DNA of 20,000 nt, taken from the IMG/VR virus record IMGVR_UViG_3300020048_000090; one strand, 5' to 3'. Shown here piece after piece: positions 13,167-20,000 of this stretch. The translations under genes and the position numbers were made by a program. The notes under the pieces are model-generated. The model saw nothing but the letters and a program-made list of their open reading frames with translations. It did no database searches and was not told the DNA's origin. The stretch is from an uncultured virus (IMG/VR IMGVR_UViG_3300020048_000090) (taxonomy: Duplodnaviria; Heunggongvirae; Uroviricota; Caudoviricetes). How positions within the stretch are numbered: position 1 is the stretch's first letter; every line of letters starts with the position of its first letter.

Positions 13167-13856
13167 ATGTCTGATGCTTTAACCATTGAGCAATTCCAAA
13201 GAGTCTTACCAGTAGCTATCAAAGGTAGAGTAACTGATGAGGTTGTAGAGGGAATAAATAAACTCTTACAGGAACCTGAGCTTAGAGATAGCTTTAGAGA
13301 AACACTACTATCTTATGGATCAGTAATGGCTGATGGTAAGTTTAAGCTTGATAGCTATATAGATGCTTGCAGGTATGTTAGTTATAAGCTTCTTGGATCA
13401 ACTAATGTAGAAGCCTATATCAAGACATTCCCAGATAGATATCAGAAGCTAATAGATGAAGGTGCTCCTGATGGACATTTACATTCTTATGCTTCTATGT
13501 ACAATAAGAATATGCTGGTTAATAAGATATTTGAGCAGACTCTAATTCCTACTCATGTAATTAATGCTGATGTATATCAGAAAGCTATTAATGTTCAAGC
13601 TTATCTTATGCTTAATGCTGATAGTGAGAAGGTAAGGACTGATGCTGCTAATAGCTTACTCAATCATTTGAAGAAGCCTGAGACTAGTAAGGTTCAATTG
13701 GATATCAGCTATAAGGACGATAGGACACTAGACGATCTAAGAGCTACTACACAGGCTCTGGTAGAGCAGCAGAAGAGATTGCTAGAAGAGAGAGTAATCA
13801 ATGCTAAAGATGTAGCAGAGAGCTTTATAATTAATAGTGAGGTAGAAGATGTTTAA
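13167..13856 (+). CDS. N4 gp69-like protein (putative terminase small subunit)
   Basis: 229 aa, AGGAG RBS. YxDAxRYVSYKLLG...TFPDRY...SEKVRTDAANSLLNHLKKPE pattern, located just upstream of terL as in N4-like phages. Confidence 0.8.
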   Translation: MSDALTIEQFQRVLPVAIKGRVTDEVVEGINKLLQEPELRDSFRETLLSYGSVMADGKFKLDSYIDACRYVSYKLLGSTNVEAYIKTFPDRYQKLIDEGAPDGHLHSYASMYNKNMLVNKIFEQTLIPTHVINADVYQKAINVQAYLMLNADSEKVRTDAANSLLNHLKKPETSKVQLDISYKDDRTLDDLRATTQALVEQQKRLLEERVINAKDVAESFIINSEVEDV

Positions 13857-14076
13857 TAGTATTAATCCTGGTATTGTATTTATAGATGATAAGTACATTA
13901 ATATGGATAGTGTTTATAATATGAGTACTAGAGGATTATCAATACAATTGGATTACTATAGTGGTGAAAAGGAGTTAATACAGTTTGGTAGTAATCAAGA
14001 GTTACATAAAGCATTTGCTAAATTAGCTGCTGCTAGTAATGCTTTAGAATTTGGAACTAATTATGTCCCAAGATAA
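13849..14076 (+). CDS. hypothetical protein
   Basis: 75 aa, GAGG RBS, overlaps both neighbours. Confidence 0.6.
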   Translation: MFNSINPGIVFIDDKYINMDSVYNMSTRGLSIQLDYYSGEKELIQFGSNQELHKAFAKLAAASNALEFGTNYVPR

Positions 14077-15655
14077 ACAAACTGTAGAGCAATGGTTAAA
14101 TACAGTTAGCTATAGTAATGATAAAGATTATCTACCTTCTAACTTTGCTTTAGAGTTTGTAACCTTTATTAAGCTAGTTAATGGTGGTACTGGTGAAGAG
14201 AATAAGACTCCTGTATTGCATTTTAAGATGTTGGATCTAATACCGGGTAAGAAGAAGAATATAGCCAATATGGTATTCAGGGGAGCAGCTAAGACTACTC
14301 TTATGGGTGAGTATTTGTTCTTGTATCTTGCTGTTTATGGATCAATCCCTGGATTTGGTAAGGTTCCTCTAGCTTTATATGTCTCAGATAGTATTGAGAA
14401 TGGTGTAAAGAATATGAGAAAGAATCTTGAGTATAGGTGGGAGAATAGTGATTTTCTAAAGAAGTATGTACCTAAAGTTAAGTTTACTGATATTAGGTGG
14501 GAGTTTACTAATATTGAGGGTAATACTTTTATTGTGAAAGGTTATGGCGCTAGTACTGGTGTTAGGGGTAGTAAGGAAATGGGTAGTAGACCTGTGCTAG
14601 CAGTGCTAGATGACTTGATTAGTGATGCTGATGCTAGGTCTAAGACTGTTATTGCTGATATTGAGGATACAGTCTATAAGGCTGTTAATTATGCTTTGCA
14701 TCCTACCAAGAGTAAGGTGATCTGGAGTGGTACTCCTTTCAATGCTAATGATCCATTGTATAAAGCTATTGGATCAGGAGCTTGGCATGTGAATGTCTTT
14801 CCTGTATGTGAACAGTTTCCTTGTACTAGAGAAGAATTTAAAGGTGCTTGGGATGATCGTTTTACTTATGATTATGTTAGAAATGAATATGATAAGGCTG
14901 TATTGAGTGGTAAGGTTTCTGGATTTAATCAGGAGTTGATGCTACGAATTATGTCAGAAGAAGATAGGTTAATTTTAGATAATGATATAACTTGGTATAA
15001 GAGAGATACTGTTATAAAGAATAAGAATCTCTTTAACTTTTATATAACTACTGATTTTGCTACTAGTGAGAAGACTAGTAGTGACTATTCTGTTATATCT
15101 GTATGGGCTTATAGTAGTAATGGTGATTGGTTGTGGGTAGATGGTGTATGTAAGAGACAATTAATGAATAAGAATGTAGATGATTTGTTTAGATTGGCTC
15201 AAACATATAAGCCTCAACTGGTAGGAGTTGAGGTTACTGGTCAGCAAGGTGGATTTATTCCTTGGATTCAAGATCAGATGCTTACTAGGAATATTTATTT
15301 TACTTTTGCTAGTGAAGGAAATAATAATACTCCTGGTATTAGACCTGCTACTAACAAGATGCAAAGATTTAATGTTGTAGTTCCTTGGTTTAAGTTGGGT
15401 AAGATATGGTTTCCTGAAGAGATGAAGACTCATCCTGCTATTGTTGAGGCTATGGAAGAGCTTAGCCTAGCCTCTCCTAATGCCTTTAAGAGCAGGCATG
15501 ACGATTGGATAGACACCTGTAGCCAACTAGCAAGCCTAAAGGCTTGGAAGCCTTCTGAACAGGTTCCTTTTGTGCTTAAGGATAAGGAAAAAGATATATG
15601 GGAATTGGATATGCAAGAAGATGATTCTGGAAACTTGCATTCTTATATTGTTTGA
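14063..15655 (+). CDS. terL: terminase large subunit (N4 gp68-like)
   Basis: Walker A-like FRGAAKTT, Walker B VLDD, GTPF coupling motif, nuclease TTDFA...DYS and HDDWID motifs. Start at 14063 or 14051. Confidence 0.93.
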   Translation: MSQDKQTVEQWLNTVSYSNDKDYLPSNFALEFVTFIKLVNGGTGEENKTPVLHFKMLDLIPGKKKNIANMVFRGAAKTTLMGEYLFLYLAVYGSIPGFGKVPLALYVSDSIENGVKNMRKNLEYRWENSDFLKKYVPKVKFTDIRWEFTNIEGNTFIVKGYGASTGVRGSKEMGSRPVLAVLDDLISDADARSKTVIADIEDTVYKAVNYALHPTKSKVIWSGTPFNANDPLYKAIGSGAWHVNVFPVCEQFPCTREEFKGAWDDRFTYDYVRNEYDKAVLSGKVSGFNQELMLRIMSEEDRLILDNDITWYKRDTVIKNKNLFNFYITTDFATSEKTSSDYSVISVWAYSSNGDWLWVDGVCKRQLMNKNVDDLFRLAQTYKPQLVGVEVTGQQGGFIPWIQDQMLTRNIYFTFASEGNNNTPGIRPATNKMQRFNVVVPWFKLGKIWFPEEMKTHPAIVEAMEELSLASPNAFKSRHDDWIDTCSQLASLKAWKPSEQVPFVLKDKEKDIWELDMQEDDSGNLHSYIV

Positions 15656-15688
15656 TCTATATTGACTCAAAGTTTTTAGGAGTTAGTT

Positions 15689-16381
15689 ATGCTGGTATCT
15701 GAGTTCAAAGAATATCTAGCTTATGGTGAGTTATCCCAACTGAATGTAGGTAATTTGTTGATAGATACTGAACATTATCCTAGAATGATTAGTAGTATTA
15801 ATCTTGGATTACTGGAATTGTATAAAAGGTTTCCAGTTAATCTTAAAGAAGTGAATGTTCAGCTTCAGGATTGGAGAACTGAGTATGTAATTCATAGCTC
15901 ACGTGCTATTTCTACTATGCCTGTAGGTGGTGATCCAAGAAACTTCTATGTTATGGATTCAGTCTACTATCCTTTTAAGGATGATCTTATTAAGATTGAG
16001 GCTGTCTTTAATGAGAATGGTGAAGAGTTACCAGTTAATGATGAGAATATGAGGTATTCTGTCTTTACTACTGGTCATAATGTGATTAATCATCCTTATC
16101 CAGATAATGAGAATATTATCTTGGTTCAATATAGAGCTAGTGCTGTTAAGCTAGATTCAGATGCAGATGATGACTCTGATATTGATATTCCTCCTCAGTT
16201 TACTGAAGCTCTAGTGAATTATGTAGCTTATAGGATGTTTGCTGCTATTAATATGAATAGTGCTGAAGCTGTTAATTATTATGCTAAATTTGAAGCTGCT
16301 TGTGCTTTACTTAATAATTATGGTTTATGGCATAAAGATTCTAGAACTAACATGAGATTGGAGAATGCAGGATGGGTATGA
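15689..16381 (+). CDS. N4 gp67-like virion protein (head-tail adaptor type)
   Basis: LAYGELSQL, INLGLLELYKRF, ALVNYVAYR motifs and a C-terminal GWV; directly after terL. Confidence 0.8.
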   Translation: MLVSEFKEYLAYGELSQLNVGNLLIDTEHYPRMISSINLGLLELYKRFPVNLKEVNVQLQDWRTEYVIHSSRAISTMPVGGDPRNFYVMDSVYYPFKDDLIKIEAVFNENGEELPVNDENMRYSVFTTGHNVINHPYPDNENIILVQYRASAVKLDSDADDDSDIDIPPQFTEALVNYVAYRMFAAINMNSAEAVNYYAKFEAACALLNNYGLWHKDSRTNMRLENAGWV

Positions 16382-17646
16382 GAACTGGCGTAAATGCACC
16401 AGCATTGCTGGTAGATAAGTATATCAATAGTGCTTATGATACTGTTAAAGTAGTAGCTGATAATATTGGTGATGTAAATATTGTAGCTGACTTAGCTGAA
16501 GTACCTGAATCAGCTTTATATGTAGTAGCTGATTTGGATACTGAAATTAGAGCTATTGCTGATAATCCAGAAGGTTTTGTATGGGTTACTAATAATACTA
16601 ATAAAATAGATAGGTTACATACTTCTGTAACTCAAATTGATAGAGTATATACTTCTATTGATAAAGTTGATGATGTAGCTGACAGTATTGTGGCTGTTGA
16701 TTATGTTTATGATAACATTCAACCTATCCTTGGGTTTCAAGAAGATTTACAAACTGAGGGATTTACAGGATTTGTAGATTTTGTAGAAACTAAGGTTAAT
16801 GATGCTATTAATGCTCAAGCATTAGATGCTTATGTAGCTGGGTCTAATATCATCCAACAAAGGTTTGTTACCACTACAGCTACTAATATCATTCCATCAG
16901 CACATGCTATTGATAATAATGTATGTAATGTTTATGTGAATGGTGTGTATCAAGATAAGAGTACTTATGCAGTAGATATTACTGGATTTAATATTGTATT
17001 TGTAGATGATTTAAGTATTGGTTCTGTAGTTAATATCCATTCTAGTGATGTATCTTTATCTGTTGATCCAGAAGCTTTTGTATTAGATTTGATTAAAGCA
17101 GTACCTACCCTTTATTCTAAGACAGTAACAGAATGGATTGCTGCTGGTAATTATACTGGTGGTACAAATACATTGGATTTGTCTACTATTCTTCCTTTTG
17201 TGATAGGAGAATCTTCTCTTTATAGTTCTATTTCAGTTTTTGTTAATGGAGTATTTCAAGCACCTTTACATGGTTATTCAATTGGTGGTACTTATGGGAA
17301 TAATCTGATTATCTTTACAGAGACTTTACCAGTAGATACTGTTTTAAGTTTTATTATTGGATATGTACTTCCAGTTCCTACTATTAGTACTACGTTGAGT
17401 AAAGCTAGTGGTTCTTGGATTGTTGGTACATCTGTAGGCATTACTGTAGGTACTGGTAAAACTACAGTTGATACATCCAGTCAAGGAATATCCTATATAC
17501 CAGCAGAGAGACAATTACAAGTATTTGTGAATGGTCTTTATCAGAGTATTGCTGCTATTACATATGTTGAGGCATCTGCTACATCTATTGAGATTAACTC
17601 TGAGTTGATTGCTGGAGATGTTGTAGATATTTTTAAAATTGTTTAA
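16372..17646 (+). CDS. tail appendage / fibre-attachment virion protein
   Basis: N-terminal LVDKYINSAYDTVKVVADNI (N4-like appendage anchor), then helical repeats and three V(Y/F)VNG(V/L)(Y/F)Q beta modules. Confidence 0.7.
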   Translation: MGMRTGVNAPALLVDKYINSAYDTVKVVADNIGDVNIVADLAEVPESALYVVADLDTEIRAIADNPEGFVWVTNNTNKIDRLHTSVTQIDRVYTSIDKVDDVADSIVAVDYVYDNIQPILGFQEDLQTEGFTGFVDFVETKVNDAINAQALDAYVAGSNIIQQRFVTTTATNIIPSAHAIDNNVCNVYVNGVYQDKSTYAVDITGFNIVFVDDLSIGSVVNIHSSDVSLSVDPEAFVLDLIKAVPTLYSKTVTEWIAAGNYTGGTNTLDLSTILPFVIGESSLYSSISVFVNGVFQAPLHGYSIGGTYGNNLIIFTETLPVDTVLSFIIGYVLPVPTISTTLSKASGSWIVGTSVGITVGTGKTTVDTSSQGISYIPAERQLQVFVNGLYQSIAAITYVEASATSIEINSELIAGDVVDIFKIV

Positions 17647-17691
17647 TGGATTATAGAAGTATTTAATTAATAGTTTAATAAAGGATATAAA

Positions 17692-19736
17692 ATGGCTCTT
17701 ACAAATGTAAAAGATTGGCAAGTGGAAGTTTCTGGAAGTACTTTAGGTGATAACTTACAAGAGATAGTTACTGGTATTGCTGGTGAGAATGGTGCTGCTA
17801 ATATTGGTTATCTTCCTGCTGGTACAGGTGTTAGTACAGATCGTAGTGTGCAGGATAAGCTAAGGGAGAGTGTTAGTGTTTTTGATTTTGGTGCGGTAAT
17901 TGATGGGACTGATTCATCTCCTGCTATTCAAGCATATATAGACTTATGTGATATTGCTGGATATTCTTATGCGTATTTTCCATCTCATAATATTGATTAT
18001 CTAATAAATACACCTATTAAATTTGAAGTAGCGGATTTTAGAATTTTCGGGGATGCAGGTGTTCGTCTTGTACATCCTTTTCTAGATGGAACTTCCAGGA
18101 CTATGAGAAAAGGTGCATTAGTCGCAGGTACAACAGCGACTTCAATTTTTGAATTAGGTGGGTATAAAACTAGACCCGGTTATGACACAGCACCTTATCC
18201 TCCTAATCCAACGAGAAATTACACAGGTTCCTATACAGTAGAAAATATTGCTATGCGTGGAACAACTAATTATTTTTCTAATGGAATTGAATTAGCCTGT
18301 TTGCAGAACGGTCCTGATCGCCCATTTTTTATAAAAAACTGTTCAGGTTATAACCTAAAAAATGGTATATATATTCCCCCTGCTCCTACGGTGGGTGTTA
18401 CTACTATGGGGTCTGTAATATCAATACAGAATTGTGGTTATAGTTTTTGTGATAGAGGTATTTTTGTTGAGGGGCCTGTATATGGTGCAAGCATACTTGA
18501 TAATAATTTAGAGGCAAATGCTTCAGGATGTATTTGGGGTAATTTGAATGGTGCGGTACGTATCCAAGATAATTTACTTCAGTCCTCAAAAAATCCAATT
18601 AACTTAACTCCAGCAGAATCTTTGTCTTTAAAAGCGTCAGGTAATTATTTTGAGTATCATCCCACTTCTGATTACTTATACCAAGTTACAGGCTCTGCTA
18701 CCTATCTCCCATACGATATTGATATTTCAGGGGATATTGATGGCGGTGGTGATCTGCCAGCATACCATGTTAGTTTAGTAAATGGCGGTAGATGGAAAAT
18801 AAATATAGATAGTCCTACTCTTATTAGTACAAATGAAGCAACTAACACCTTTGTAATTAGAAAGGGGAGTAATTGTTTTGCTGGTGGTAATATTAATATT
18901 GGTCAACTGGTATCCCCTATTGTTGCTTATGTTGATAATGCATTCTTACGAACAGATCATGATAGTGGGTGGATTTATGATTACCCAAGTAATCCTGCTG
19001 TTACCTACCAAGGGGATACTCCAATTGGAAATGTAGATATTGTTGATTTAGCAGATGGTATTACNNNNNNNNNNTATCAATGCAGGAACTTCTATAGCAG
19101 GAAAATTAGTATGTAACACCTTTATGATACGTGCAAAAATGGATACACTTGTTGAATCTTGTGTATTACAAGCAAGGTTATCAGGTGGAACTTTTGTAGC
19201 TGGTCCTGGTGATATTATGCGATATGTACAACAAGATATATCTACCAGTGATTGGTGTATGGTGGCTATTATATGGAAACCTATAAATAATGTAGCTACA
19301 TTTGAGTTTTTTGTTGATGAATCTTTTAGGGGTATTTTTGAAGTAGCAGGAGTTACTACAAAAGTATATGGTGCGTATGAAGGTGATGGTACTGATCCTA
19401 TTATGTCAATATCACCTGTACCGTTAAAACCAAAGAGTTTATCTGCATCTAATGCCAATGGTAGCTACCAAAAATTATCTGATGGTACATTAATTTGTTG
19501 GAATAGTTTTGGTAGTTCAACCTCAGTAGGTTCTTCTGGTACTGTACAAGGGCTGAATATATATACGAATACTTCTGCTTGGACATTTCCACATGCTTTT
19601 ATAAGTACCCCTACTATTGTTTGTTCATCTAGTCAAAATGGGGCAAATCTTATGGTTGCAGCACAAGCACAATCAGTAGGTATTACCGGGGCCAATATAG
19701 TTTCAACGAGTTTAACTGCTCCCTCGGATTTTTCTA
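17692..19736 (+). CDS. tailspike / tail fibre protein, probably one gene interrupted by an N gap at 19065-19074
   Basis: N-terminal GAANIGY...RSVQDKLRESVSVFDFGAVIDGTDSSPAIQA head-binding/beta-helix entry motif. The post-gap frame has a C-terminal NGSYQKLSDGTLICW...WTFPHAF fibre-tip domain. The true end is hidden by a second N gap. Confidence 0.75.
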
Positions 19737-19877
19737 NNNNNNNNNNATCCATCAGTACCTATTTTTTCTCTAAGTTATAAGTAATTCAATGAATAATCCT
19801 TGAAATGTTACTAGTGCAAACACTAACCTTTGAATTAACTCTGGTGACTATACGTTGCCAGAGGGTAGGAGTATAGA

Positions 19878-20000
19878 ATGATCACATCTAAACAAGCACT
19901 AGAACACTACGGTGATCCAAAACTAGAAAAGAGTATGGTACTGACGGATGTACCTACCCATCTAGAGATTGGAGTCATTCCAAAGAAAGTCTACTGTAAT
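19878..20000 (+). CDS. probable M15-family peptidase endolysin, N-terminal part (runs off the window)
   Basis: AGGAG RBS. MITSKQALEHYGDP...DVPTHLEIGVIPKKVYCN resembles the N-termini of phage M15 peptidases, but the catalytic residues are not in the window. Confidence 0.5.
   Translation, partial: MITSKQALEHYGDPKLEKSMVLTDVPTHLEIGVIPKKVYCN

Noticed and set aside
146..17646. Alternative genetic code (stop-codon reassignment)
   Set aside because: The long conserved genes are intact under the standard code, TAA, TGA and TAG all occur as stops, and no suppressor tRNA is seen.
19065..19074. Programmed frameshift or split tailspike gene
   Set aside because: The frame change coincides with a 10-N scaffold gap of unknown true length, so it is most likely an assembly artefact.
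1696..19458. Shadow or alternative-frame ORFs in the track (1696..1887, 4742..4984, 6491..6766, 7573..7791, 10681..10872, 12788..13105, 14975..15433, 17515..17721, 18404..18598, 19048..19458)
   Set aside because: They overlap better-supported genes in another frame or strand, lack clear RBSs and show no recognisable motifs.

Overview
This window is a fragment of an AT-rich N4-like (Schitoviridae-type) podophage genome that appears to span the junction of the two genome ends. The left ~13 kb is read on the minus strand. It holds small early genes, an N4 gp2-like transcription cofactor, the two subunits of a heterodimeric T7-like RNA polymerase II (separated by a SLOG/DUF2493-like gene), a run of hypothetical genes, and an N4 gp24-like AAA+ ATPase. 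The right ~7 kb is read on the plus strand: gp69-like protein, large terminase, gp67-like virion protein, tail appendage/tailspike proteins (two N gaps) and the start of a probable M15-type endolysin. The most unusual element is a ~530-nt minus-strand array of five tightly packed structured RNAs (5654-6180). It contains one canonical tRNA-Arg(UCU) and four tRNA-shaped variants: one with a greatly expanded anticodon arm and encoded CCA, one with no anticodon arm, one with a Watson-Crick kissing-loop 'elbow', and one circularly permuted T-arm/D-arm elbow. Also visible are a 17-bp promoter-like motif in 6-7 copies heading promoter-ORF-terminator cassettes, two N4 vRNAP-type GNA-triloop hairpins, two H-type pseudoknots before ribosome-binding sites, and a 3-copy hairpin repeat. 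All family assignments come from motif recognition by eye; no database search or folding program was run.
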